Origin: Podarcis vaucheri
Lineage: Eukaryota
Assembly (NCBI GenBank): GCA_965113315.1
Contig: OZ220370.1
Length of the DNA stretch: 64,000 bases
Direction: 5' to 3' (one strand)
The notes beneath the pieces are model-generated. The model was not told the origin of the DNA, ran no database searches, and saw nothing but the letters and a program-made list of their open reading frames with translations. Position 1 is the first letter of the stretch. Each line of letters opens with the position of its first letter. The translations under genes and the position numbers were made by a program. Shown one piece after another: positions 10,896 through 22,888 of this stretch.

Positions 10896-13800
10896 GCTCG
10901 TAGCTTCAGCAGAAGCCGCGGCGGCGGCGGCGGCAGGAACAGCAACTTGGAGAATGATAGTTCTTGGAGAACGGGACTGGCCACACACGCGCACGTCGCC
11001 CTGCCCTCTCCTCCCTCGCGCGTATATAGCTCCTCCGCGCGGCCCGAGGCCAATGCTTCCCTCGCACACAGGAGTAGGTATGCGGATCAAGTTGCACTCT
11101 CCTCGCTCCGGAATGAAAAAAACACACACCAACACATTTTCTGTGCGCTCATCAACCGGCCCTGCGCGCACACACATAAACACACAAATCCTAACACACG
11201 CACACAAATATTATTTCTGCAGACAGTACAGTTTGCAGCCAAGCAAGCAACAGCGACCGGGTACTTTTGTCAGGACAGAGGCCAACTTAAAATTAGGGAG
11301 CCAGCTTTCGGGTTTCACAAAACTCTTCGTCATCTTTGCTGAAGAACAACAAAATGGGGAGGGCACAAAGTGCTTCGTTTTTCCTGAGGAGTTTTGGAAA
11401 TTTAAATCATTGTTTTGAGGGCTTCACTCGCATGCCTCCCACTGTAGGTTTTTTAAAATAAAAAATCCCTTTTTTGTTAGGCCTGACTAAGGATCCCATG
11501 AAACTGCAACCCCCCCAAAAAAAACCTTGGTCTTAATACGTTTTATTTGTCGTGCCTCTGTTTCCCCTATTCCGCTCCCAGTTAATGAACCAATACAGCC
11601 GAGAGCATGTCACTCTTTCCAGAAGTCGACAACGGATCGTCATTCAAGTGACACAAAGAAGTAAAAATATAACATATGTACATTACACAAGCAAAACAAA
11701 CCTTAGGCAAGCGGAGTTTTCTGCTGATAGGAATATTCATATGTGCTCCGAATAAATATGTTATTGGATCGTGCTTCTGCGGTATTGAGTTCCACTGATT
11801 TCGGCCGCAGAGATATAAACCCGAGCTGGGAGCTGTCCCATTATAACCAGTGCGTCGAAAGAGGTATATGCTATGCCACCTCGTACACCCGCATGCACAA
11901 ATATGCAGAGGCACGCAGCAACATTCACTTCTGCCGATCGCAATATTAGATCTTGATGCATTTTAATTTTCTTTAGATACAGTGTTCTTGATGCAAATTT
12001 GCAGGCCCCCTTTTTTCTCTTAGCTTGTGAGGATGCACAAATGCGCAACTATTCCACGTAACCCTTTCACTCATCGCGGGCTGAACTCCCCACCCTCCCG
12101 CGGTGCTCCTTACAGACTCCTATCACACGCTTCTCAGTAAAGGCCTTCGTTCTCTAACCGACCCCTTTTTCTGCGTGTGCGACCTACTCGCTGCTGCCTG
12201 GATTTCCTATGTGTAAGTTTCCTTTCACGCCCTTCGACGGTCCTGGGGGTCACTCCTCTGTGCCCTCGAGTGGCAAAGGAGGAGCTGGCGAACATCCTCG
12301 ACCGATTCTCCACACACCAGGCCGGAATCCGGATTAAGGAGGGAAGGAGCAGGGGGCCCAAAGACTCCCCGGACCCCCCTGGCAGCCCCGCCCCGCTCCC
12401 GCGCTCCCTCCAGCCAGCTGCCTGACCAAACTTTCCCGGAGAGATTCCTTTCTCTGCCATTTGACAAGCCTTTGACGAGTTCTCCAAAGCTCCCTTTTAT
12501 GAATCGGCTTTTCCCGTGACAGCTTGGAAAGACAGCGATTGTTGCTTATAAACATAGTCAGGTCATTCATATATATTGCTGGCTTGTCCAGGCAATCTTT
12601 TGAGGTAGTGAACCCTTCTTCCTCTGCACTGGGTATGAGAAAATTTCGCATTGAAAGCACCTGGATTTTAAGCACATTTGCTGCGAAATAACTGCCACTG
12701 ATGGCATCGGCATTCGGTTAAACTTATTTAGGTTTGGGATGCAAAACTTACAAAACGGGTACTGAGACAAGGAGAGGGTTTTTTTTTTGTGGGAGCACGA
12801 GAGAGCCAGCCTTCGAGTTACACAGGACTCTTCAACAAACAGGAACCAGGAGAAGTTTGCAGGGCTGTTCTTACGAGAAGAGGGACGGACAGTTGCGAAC
12901 AGGAGGGCAAAGAAATATGCGTGCGCGCAGGGCAAAATGCTTTAAAGATGAATCACGAATAAAATATGCAAGAAAACAACTCTATTTTAGACATTTTAGC
13001 AAACTACTGAAGGAACTATAACGTGAAAGGCACAAGGTTCGGGCAAATAACTGTTTGACTTTAATCGACTCCAGCCCTGGACTCCCCGCTCTCAAACTGA
13101 TTGTCCCTAAATAAATTTCATTAACACCTTCGTGTGACTTGCTTTGGAAGTAAGTGTCCCTCGACCCGCTTGGTGTTGGGAACAAAGATTAGACGTGGGC
13201 TAATTGAAGGGGGCTCCTTAATTAAGGACACGGCACCTCCAAAGTCTTGTAGGTTTGAATGGCAGGCTTCAACACGTGCTTGGGTACCTTCCCTTGGAAT
13301 TTAAGAAATTAAGTCGTGGATTTAAGCTGGTCCTTCCCTACTTGTGTGCGTGTGAGTTGTGTCTTGGTGCATGGAGTCTCCACACTTGGTCTTCCTTGAG
13401 CTGGTGACAAAACCTCACTCTGAGGATGTGTCAAAAAACCCCAAAACCTTTTGCCTCCCGGATTGCAAACCCCACCCCTCTCCGCTTTCTTCACCTTTTG
13501 GGATGAATGAGTGGTCTTGAAGTCGTGGCAGGTCTATGCTGACGTGACAACGAATCGCGGTTCCTCCCCCCCACAGCCACCAGTCGTGATTTAGTTAATC
13601 AAACTTTTTTTTTTTTAAGTGGCAGCTGGATAAACTGATGGAGGGGCAGGAAAGAGAAACACAGAACCCGCACCCCATAACTCACACATTTGTCACACTG
13701 TATAAACACCCAAGTGTCACACGCTGTCAGTACCAGCCATGGATTTGCCCCCTCCCCCCGCACTGCATCTCCGTTGGGGAGCCGGCTGCAATCTCTGATT

Positions 13801-16540
13801 TCTCTTCTTCAAAACCTCCAGTGCTTTTTCACGGAGGAGGCGGCCGTTATTGCGCCATTTGTTCGCCTGCTCCAGGCTTCGTCCGTCTGAAAAGGCGCCT
13901 CTTGCTTTCATTCAAAATTCGAGAGAGCTTTCAGGATCGAAGCGTTTCGCTCGCTTTGGCTTGCGATTCGAACGCCTTTTGCGGGCCTTTTCGCGGCCCC
14001 CGCCAGACGAATCGTTACGGTAGCTCGGCTGCAAACTGCTCTGGATGATTCGTCCCATTCCCCGGGTCCAATAAGGTTCAAAGTTCCTTGCTGGTATTTT
14101 CAGGGCAAGATGATCGACTTAACATTAACATAATTAAATCAAGCTCTCACCATCTCAGTATACTTGTTTTAATATCTAAAGTTCCCCGTGTATATGCTCA
14201 TCATTCAAGAATTGTAATAAATTGTGGGTTGTTTCTTTTTCAACCACCTGCAACACTGCACAATTAGCCGGCGGCCCCGATTCAGCTAAAGTTGCAGCCC
14301 GATTCTATTCCTGTTTACTCGAAAGAAAGTCCGGTCAATTGCCGCATCAAAGGTTAATTCGTCTCTGGATTGGGGCCGCTGTGTGGACTCAGGTGCGATG
14401 ACAAATCCCATTCCCTTACTCCCGAGTAAACTTGTGTAGGAGGACCAGCCCAACTCGATGCATCTTTACTGTAATCGGAATTAAGGCTGCAACCCTAGGG
14501 AAATTTAACCAGGGAGAAAGCCCCATGGAATGCCGAGGGATTTACTTCTGAGTAAATGCATAGGAAGGTTGCTAGTCAGGTTCCCTCCGAGTTCAGTGGG
14601 ATTTATCCCCTTAAAGCTAGGCTTGCAACTGAAATGTCTCCTGCATTCCATCCTTGAGAAATGTTTTGTTTCATCCGAGGCTCCTATTTCTGGCTTCGTC
14701 GCTCCGCTTAGGACAAATCGCGGCGATTGCGAAACTAGCAGCCCGAGAATCGGGCTGAGGACGTAGGTAGGGATTTCTCCGTGTGATAAAGAGTAAAAAA
14801 AAATCGCCCCCACCCTCCCAAGTGAGGTGATTTTTGGATGCCATCCAGGAGAAGAAAGGAGCGTTTGTGTTTTACATCACCGAGTTTTGCCAGAGGTTTT
14901 ATGCAGTTCCTTGACTGCTCCACCAAGTCCCCTGCTGCGGTTTATGGGATGGCAGGCTGAATGGGTGCCTAAGGCAGAAGTCGGGGCGGGGGCGGGAACT
15001 ACGCATCTTTCCCTCTGAAGTCCAGCTAACAGCGCAACCCTATCTACTCAGAAGCAGTGTCCACGGAGCTAAATCCCCATTTAGAAGTGAGAATTCAATA
15101 GGACTTATTTCTAAATATATATGGTTAGGACTGTTCTGTTAGGCAACGAATTTAAGCTGCCTCGCTACCCCGACCTAGGGCCTATTTATTTCCAACCAAC
15201 GCCATTTGATTTTCAATTTGTGTTTAGGATCGCGACTTTTATATATATACATCCCCGCTCCTATCCTTAAGAGATTTTGGTCTGAGGAAAGTTCCACTTT
15301 CTTGAATAATAAAGCTACAAATAAATGAATTTGGGCGGAGGATGCCTTTAGTGGGGCGACGACGACGACTTGGGTTGTGGTTCTAGATCGGGGTTTTATA
15401 CTGGTGGCATAATTTGTCTCTCTTTGCATGGCAGAAAACCGTCCCTATTTTACAAAACCAGTTATGTATAACCTCAGGAGAACAAGGGGACTGGCTGAGG
15501 CCAAACGCGTTTTCTGGAGAGCCAGTCCCATTAATTTCAGAAGGGCTTAACAAGTTAGCTCGCAATTCTGTGCGCGCTTACCGGGGAGTCAGTCTCATTG
15601 AGTGCGGAAGGACTGACTTCAGATGCGTTTCAGATGCGAGATGCTTTAGAAATAAAGGCAGAGAGTCGAGCGCATTTGATTTCAGTGGCCCAGACTGAAG
15701 CTTGGGTTTTACTGTTTTAGATCAACGGGGCAAACCTGCTTCAGATTGGGTCTCAAATAAATGCAAGACCAAACGCAAGCACAGCTGTTGGGTACTGGAT
15801 TGGCGCTTGAACCCTACAGGGCGTCCCTGCACCTCCTTGTCCACACAGTCTTTCTTCCTCTCTGGACCCGAAGCGCACCAGCCTGCAAGGCGCCTTCAAA
15901 TAATTTTGCAGCTGATTTTGTAAGAACGACCCCGCCAACTTCTCCAGGCGATGTTTATTCAGAGAAGCTGCTTACGCGCAGTTTCCGCGCAGCGCCTTTC
16001 TCGCTGAACTTCCGCGCCCTTTCCTTGGCAAGTCAGTCCCATTCATTTCCGCAGCACCTTCGGGGGATCGTAGCCTCCGCTCCGCCTGACTCCCAAACCC
16101 CAAACTGCTATTTCTCTTTCCCTTCAGATTCAAGACAAGCCTTTCCTTGCTTCCTAAAGACGTGTTCTAGGGGTGTTGTGTGTGAAATTTGGGGTATGCG
16201 GAAAAGGGTAGTTAAGTGGGGCACCTCTTCCGGGAAAAAAACGTAAATATGGGTCGGTTGGGGCGGGGAAAACATCTGTGGATGCAGAATGACACCTTTC
16301 CCCCAAAGTACGCGCATTTAGATCTTGGCACCGTTTTGCGTGACGGCCTGCGGAAATCCTCTAGGGAGGCAACCGGGCGTGGTCCATGCTGCCAATCCCG
16401 AGGGGCATTCGGGAATCCCACCGGCAGATTTCCCATCCCTTCTCCTCCCCTCCTGCTGGCTCTCAGCTTGGTCAGGAATGGATGCAGTCGCTTGCTTGCT
16501 TGCTTGTTGGATCTTTAAAAGCTGCAGGGGTCCCATCGTG

Positions 16541-16606
16541 TCCCCCTCCCCTCCCTCCCTCCCCCTCCCAGGTGATAGTAAAGAGGGAGGGAGGGAGGGA
16601 GGGAGG

Positions 16607-16652
<46 letters not shown>
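16541..16652. repeat. (CCCT)n / (AGGG)n inverted tracts followed by (GA)n microsatellite
   Basis: Read directly from sequence. Confidence 0.9.
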
Positions 16653-16655
<3 letters not shown>

Positions 16656-17850
16656 AGGATTTCCTGATCCAGCCCCTTGGAAATGGACATATTCTCTTCC
16701 TTTTCCTATCTCTGCTTTCTCAGGAGCCTGGAAGGGACTGCGGGGGGTTGGGTGGAGAGGGGAGGGCTTGAATAATATTATGGGATTCTTCCAAGCCTTA
16801 ACGAACGTGCGGAGATCCATGAAACCCCAGGGTCGCCTGCCACCCCCAGCGTTGCCCCGCGCCCCCAAGTTTGTGTTTCTCGCTTCCTTGGCTGAATTGA
16901 TTTGTTGCTGCTTGTTTATTCTAGATCTCTTTGTTTAGGCTGGCTGGAAAGGACACCTGGCTGGACCCAGACAACAGGCAGCAGCGAGGGGGAAGCCAGC
17001 CATATCAGAATTAAACCCCATTGATTCAGTTTAGGTTTGCTACAGGGTATAAACCCTTGTGATTCTCTCTCTGCGTCGCGGGTCTCTCTCCTCCTCCTCT
17101 TCTTAAAACTCAGTTCTTCAAGTCCAATGAGCAAAAGCTCACCGACTGAAAAGGAAGTCTGAGGCTTCTCTGGGACGCTCTGCACTCTGCACATGCTCGA
17201 AGGCAGGTGGTGTTATTGCACCGATGGTGTTAAAAGTAGGTCTGCGATGAGCTCTGTCTCACTTAAGCTTCGTTGATGGGCGTTGTGGAAGGGGCGGCGG
17301 ATGAGTCACACCACTAATTTTATTTTATATTTTATTGTCTTGGGATAATTAAACGCCGTTTCCATCCAGAAAGATAAAGAAAGCGGGGGGCTTCTCCTTC
17401 CAATCCGGAATAATAAAAGATACACCAAAATTATAGGAGAAAAATGCCTCCCCGTCTCACTCCTGCGGTCATGCCATAGGCTGGTGACTGCCGGCCCACT
17501 CCAACTCGTATAACGAGTTAAGCATATACTGCACCCTTAAGCCAGAAACCAGGCAGAATAAGTTCTCACCGAATTTGGTAGCGCAAAAAGCGCTGCCTCT
17601 CTGGAAAGAAAAAGGATCAACAGGTCTGTTTCCTAACGGGATCCATTGTTTTACACCACTCCAAAGTCAGACTGCTTGACTCTGGAGCATAGGGTCTCTC
17701 GCTGCCTCTCAAGAGCGGGGCGTGGTGCAGGACGAGGAGTCTCAACCATTCTCTGAAGAAACGATTTGAATCCGGGCTGGCTTTCCATCCTCTGTCGCCT
17801 TGCACGACGCAACGCCACCTGTGGATTGGCATCTCCCGCCTGTGTGACTG

Positions 17851-17869
17851 GAGCGCCCCCTGCCGGTCC
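17851..17869 (-). promoter_or_regulatory. CTCF-type motif
   Basis: Minus strand CCGGCAGGGGGCGC matches the core consensus CCRSYAGRKGGCRS. Confidence 0.6.
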
Positions 17870-18077
17870 CGATAGTAATCGCGTTATTATCTGGACCTCC
17901 TTCTGCCTTCTGCCTTAAGCTGCCCAGGCCTCTTCAAGAATACAGTCTGGGTGCTTCAGGGACGTTGCTCATACTTAAAAGAACTCGGGGTATGTGCAGG
18001 CTCCACGGCAGACTTTTGCATAAACTTCGTTTGCTTGTGTGTCTGTCTATATGTATCGGCATGAAGATGGGGTCTCA

Positions 18078-18426
18078 CTATTGTTGTTTAGTTGTGTTTG
18101 ACTCTTCGTGACCCCATGGACCAGAGAACACCAGGCACTTCTGTCTTCCACTGCCTCCCGCAGTTTGGTCAAACTCATGCTGGTAGCTTCGAGAACACTG
18201 TCCAACCATCTCATCCTCTGTCATCCCCTTCTCCTTGTGCCCTCCATCTTTCCCAACATCAGGGTCTTTTCCAGGGAGTCTTCTCTTCTCATGAGGTGGC
18301 CAAAGTATTGGAGCCTCAGCTTCAGGATCTGTCCTTCCAGTGAGCACTCAGGGCTGATTTCCTTCAGAATGGAGAGGTTTGATAATCTTGCAGTCCATGG
18401 GACTCTCAAGAGTCTCCTCCAGCACC
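18078..18426 (-). mobile_element. Bov-B (RTE) LINE, 5'-truncated
   Basis: Encodes WRRLLRVPWTAR.SNLSILKEISPECSLEGQILKLRLQYFGHLMRREDSLEKTLMLGK; (CAA)n tail. Confidence 0.93.
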
Positions 18427-18794
18427 TCAGCTTTCCAGCTGTTAACAGATGCTCAAAGGCCAACAAGGTTTAAGATAGAGGGTGCTGGAAAGGGGCAGGG
18501 GATTTTGGAAGCAAATGTCCCAGCAAAAGGCTTTGCTCTGCAAAATAATATTCTAGAAGCCGGATTTCCTCTGCCCTAGATGGCCTCTCTGGATGTGTGA
18601 ATGCTCATTCTGATTACTGAACCAGTAAGGGAAATATCTAAACTGGCCTGATTTGTAGTTGCAATGGGTTTCTACAGCAATGTCCTTGTGATTAAGTTTG
18701 CAATACCCCTGGTGCAACAGGTAAGGCGTGGCACTTGGACATTGGCCCACGCCTGCTGTGGCGCAATGGTTGGTGGTTTGAGCCCACTCTGGCT

Positions 18795-18866
18795 GTGCAT
18801 TGCAGGGGGCTGGACTAGATGTCCCTTGTGCCCCTTCCAACTCTGCAATTCTATATGATTCTATAT
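18795..18866 (+). mobile_element. CR1-type 3' end
   Basis: GGACTAGATG...CCTTCCAACTCT...ATTCTAT tail. Confidence 0.7.
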
Positions 18867-19589
18867 GGACTCAGCCCAGGGGGATTTGGACAAATGCCTG
18901 TGGAATTACTACTCCACTCCTCCTGTCTCTCAGCACGCAGCTGAAACACCCCCACATAGAGATGCAGCCCAGAAGAAGTTACCTTTCTTTTCATCCAGCT
19001 GATCCAACACACAGCAGAAGGCAGGGGAAGCTTTGCAATCCTGCGGAGGGTTGCAATCCCCAGGCATTACACATTAATGGAAATTGTGCAAGGGGTTTTA
19101 TGGGTTACAAATTGCATCCTGTGTGTTTGGCCTGCTCTGCCAAGCCAAGCCGACACCCACGGAAGAGACACCGAAGTCACCTCCTCATTTATGGCCAGAT
19201 ATTAGTCAGACGAGACGTTGGCCAGCCTGGCTCCATGCAAGCAACCGCATGCTCTTAGTCAAAGTCAGAATGAGAAAGAAGAATGGTCATATTGAGAGTG
19301 GAGTGGGGGAGCTGCAACAAAATATTGCAGTGTGGAGTGTACCCGTTCAGAGTTTCAGCCATCTACTGGTGCCCAGTTCTGCACTACTCCATTCTATTCC
19401 TCCTGTATTTTCTATTTCCCTGCCACCAACAGCCAGTGTTTCTTGGTCACTTAATATGCTCCACCCTCATTGGGTGGTTTGAGAGAATTTAAATTTCCTT
19501 CACCTAATGGTGAAAGCCTTGGTGAAGACTTGGCATTTTCATCCCCCCCCCAAGTTTTTGATTTGAGGTACCATTGAAATGAGGGTGTA

Positions 19590-19702
19590 TTTTAATGTTT
19601 TAATGTTGTATTTTAATCTTGTTTTTAAGTTGTATTTCAATCAATTTGTTTTTATATTGGGTGTTAGCCACCCTGAGCCCGGTCTTGGTGGGGTATAAAT
19701 AA

Positions 19703-19747
<45 letters not shown>
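19590..19747 (+). mobile_element. L2-like LINE 3' end with (TAA)n tail
   Basis: GCCACCCTGAG...GGGGTATAAATAAAA(TAA)n. Confidence 0.6.
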
Positions 19748-19919
19748 TACTACTGCTGCTACTACTATTATTATTAATGTTGATTCCATACTTCTGCAAA
19801 CCTTGGCATTCTTCCAAAAATTTGCTGATGCCTCCCTCTTGTGTGTGGGTGCTGCTTTGGCTACATGAGGACTGACACTCAGAAAACTGAGTTCGCTTTC
19901 AGCATATATGATCTCTCTA

Positions 19920-20273
19920 GGTAAAGGTAAAGGGACCCCTGACCGTTACGTCCAGTCGTGACCGACTCTGGGGTTGCGGTGCTCATCTCGCTTTATTGGC
20001 CGAGGGAGCCGGCATACAGCTTCTGGGTCAATTGGCCAGCATGACTAAGCCGCTTCTGGTGAACCAGAGCAGCGCATGGAAACGCTGTTTACCTTCCCGC
20101 TGGAGTGGTACCTATTTATCTACTTGCACTTTGACGTGCTTTCGAACTGCTAGGTTGGCAGGAGCAGGGACCGAGCAACAGGAGCTCCCCCCGTCGCAGG
20201 GATTCAAACTGCCAACCTTCTGATCGGCAAGTCCTAGGCTCTGTGGTTTAACCCACAGCGCCACCCACATCCC
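19920..20273 (-). mobile_element. Sauria SINE (Squam1), full length
   Basis: tRNA-like head with A/B boxes and (ACCTTT)n tail. 16-bp TSD ATATATGA(T/A)CTCTCTA at 19904-19919 and 20274-20289. Confidence 0.95.
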
Positions 20274-20300
20274 ATATATGAACTCTCTACCCACACACAA

Positions 20301-20480
20301 ATCATAGAATCTTAGAGTTGGAAGGGACCCAAAGATCATCTAGTCTAGCCTGATGTAATGCAGGAATATAAGCTAAAGCATCCTTGACAGATGGCCATCC
20401 AGCCTGTGTTGAAAAACCTTCAAGGAAGGAGAGTCCACCACCTCTCCTGGGTGTCTGTTCCCTTTACTGTAAATGCCTTT
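20301..20480 (-). mobile_element. CR1 LINE 3' fragment
   Basis: ATCATAGAATCTTAGAGTTGGAAGGGACCC...; similar to copies at 57.4 and 63.2 kb. Confidence 0.8.
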
Positions 20481-21121
20481 ACTGTGGTGCCACGTTTATG
20501 GGACTGTCCTCGTATATATGAAGCGTTATCCTCAGAAGTATAATCAGTGCTGGCCAAGAGGTGCAAAAAGTACAGTCTATTGAGAACTGCCTGCAAAATA
20601 AAATTTAAAAACAAAACAAAACAAAATAAAATAAAAGTGAGACGAGCAAAGCAAGAAGTTAGAACAGCAGCAGCTTGTGATAATTGCGGCTTTTGTAAAT
20701 AGCTGCTTTGCTTATCTTAAGCTTCACATGCCATTGTCACAGATGGTACTCCTTGCATCTCGCTTGGGCCATTTCGCCCCCAATGTTTACATTCTTTCCT
20801 CACCTCCCCAGCACCCACAACATTTAAGAGAAGATAAATGTTGATTACTGCAATTAGATGGAATCTAGTGGTGATAGTTATCAGCATGGCTTCAAATCAG
20901 GGTCATAGTTTCCAATTAATGTAAGGACAGCTTTCAACATACAGGTCAGCAGAGGAGCTAATCCCCCTAATAGCCTTTCCTTTAAATGAATGAATACCCA
21001 GGCACAAGTGCTAGTCATATCTTGCAAGTTTCAGTTACCCTCTCTTTCAAGACAGGACTCCTTGAGGTAGAAAATGTGTCTGTGGCTTAAAGGTGAAAAT
21101 CCAGGAACCCATTCAAATGCA

Positions 21122-21122
<1 letters not shown>

Positions 21123-21171
<49 letters not shown>

Positions 21172-21720
21172 TTATACCCCGTCCATTTGGCTGGTTTTCC
21201 CCAGCCACTCAGGGCAGCTTACAGCATACATTAAACATAAGGTAAAGGGACTCCTGACCATTAGGTCCAGTCGTGGCCAACTCTGGGGTTGCGGCGCTCA
21301 TCTCGCTTTATTGGCCGAGGGAGCTTCCGGGTCATGTGGTCAGTATGACTAAGCCACTTCTGGCGAACCAGAGCAGCGCACGGAAACGCCGTTTACCTTC
21401 CCGCTGGAGCGGTACCTATTTATCTACTTGCACTTTGACGTGCTTTTGAACTGCTAGGTTGGCAGGAGCTGGAACCGAGCAACGGGAGCTCACCCCGTCA
21501 CAGGGATTTGAACCGCCAACCTTCTGATCGGCAAGTCCTAGGCTCTGTGGTTTAACCCACAGCATCACCCGTGTCCCTTATGTATTAAACACAGTAAAAC
21601 ACTAATCAATAAAAGTTTCCCAATACAGAGCTGCCTTCAGATGTCTTCTAAACGTTATGCAGTTCTTTATCTCCTTGACATCCACAGGGAGGGTGCCACT
21701 GCTGAGAAGGCCCTCTGCAA
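21123..21720 (-). mobile_element. L2-like LINE 3' fragment with (TAA)n tail, interrupted by a Sauria SINE
   Basis: Similar to L2-like copies at 22.0 and 54.3 kb on both sides of the SINE. Confidence 0.75.
21240..21577 (-). mobile_element. Sauria SINE nested in L2
   Basis: Near-identical to 19920-20273, with a short internal deletion. Confidence 0.93.
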
Positions 21721-21984
21721 GACTGGCCAACCACATGTTTTTGTGTAATGTTTTCATTAAAATATTTTCTTGGGTAACAACAGAGTCTCTGTTTTTCAAT
21801 TCATAGAATCCTTCAGGCAAGTCAGTTTTATATTCAGAGTAAGACATGACTATTCTAGGCAATATGGGGTTGAGGGAAAAGAGATTTGAGAAGAGAGAGG
21901 AGAGGAAAGAGGGAGACAGTAAAATGTCAGTCTTTTAGATAGTATATGAGCAAAGCTTTTCTGTCATGTAAATAGGTATCATCA

Positions 21985-22315
21985 TCTATTATTATCATCT
22001 ATTATTATCTATTATAATTATAATTATTATATGCCACCCATCTGACTTGGTTGCCTCAGCCACTCTGAGCAGCTCCCAACAAAATATTTAAAACACAGTA
22101 AAACTTCAACCATTTAAAACTTCCCATAACAGGCCTGCCTTCAGATGTCTTCTAAAAGTCAAATCGTTGTTTATCTGACATCTGATGGGAGGGCATTCCA
22201 CAGGGAGGTGCCACTACTGAGAAGGCCCTCTGCCTGGTTCACTGCAGCTTTACATCTCACAGTGAGGGAACCACCAGAAGGCGGTCAGGGTGGGACCTCA
22301 GTGTCCAGGCTGGAT
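21985..22315 (-). mobile_element. L2-like LINE 3' fragment
   Basis: CAGCCACTCTGAGCAGCTCCCAAC...GAGAAGGCCCTCTGCCTGGTT; AT-rich tail. Confidence 0.7.
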
Positions 22316-22648
22316 GATGATGGTGCTGTGAGAGACCAGAGGACCCAGGGCCCAGTTGGTTGCTGTTGGTTGGTCGCATTGTGTTTTTGTGTGTGTTGGG
22401 GGTGCATGTTGCTGGGTCAGGTCAGCCATACAAATTGGTATGCTGTCGGGGTGTTTGCGTGTGATTATTGTCTTGTTGGGAGCCACACCAGGGTGAAGGT
22501 GTATTCCGGGTTTGTTCCCATGGTAACTTCAATTTGTTAGTTAGCTTTTCAAGTAGGGCTCTTTCCCATACTGTTTGGTACCAGTGGTCCATGTTCATTC
22601 CCAATAGATCCCTCCAACATCTATTTCTGAATCTCCTAGCATCTGAAG

Positions 22649-22888
22649 TCCTGCCAACCTAGCATTTCGAAAGCACGTCAAAGTGCAAGTAGATAAATAG
22701 GTACCACTCCGGCAGGAAGGTAAACGGCGTTTCCATGCGCTGCTCTGGTTCGCCAGAAGCGGCTTAGTCATGCTGGCCACATGACCCGGAAGCTGTACGC
22801 CGGCTCCCTCGGCCAATAGAGCGAGATGAGCACCGCAACCCCAGAGTCGGCCACGACTGGACCTAGTGGTCAGGGTCCCCTTTACCTT
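22649..22888 (+). mobile_element. Sauria SINE, 5'-truncated
   Basis: Lacks the tRNA head. TSD TAGC(A/G)TCTGAAG at 22637-22648 and 22889-22900. Confidence 0.92.

Larger units (their letters stand above)
7300..11200. promoter_or_regulatory. CpG island spanning FOXC1 promoter, 5'UTR, CDS and proximal 3'UTR (limits approximate)
   Basis: Very high GC and CpG density by eye, e.g. many GCGGCGGCG and CGCG runs. Confidence 0.85.

Noticed and set aside
21720-22640. Peptides at 21.7-21.9 kb and 22.4-22.6 kb as exons or Penelope remnants
   Set aside because: No motif I can identify with confidence; needs a database search.
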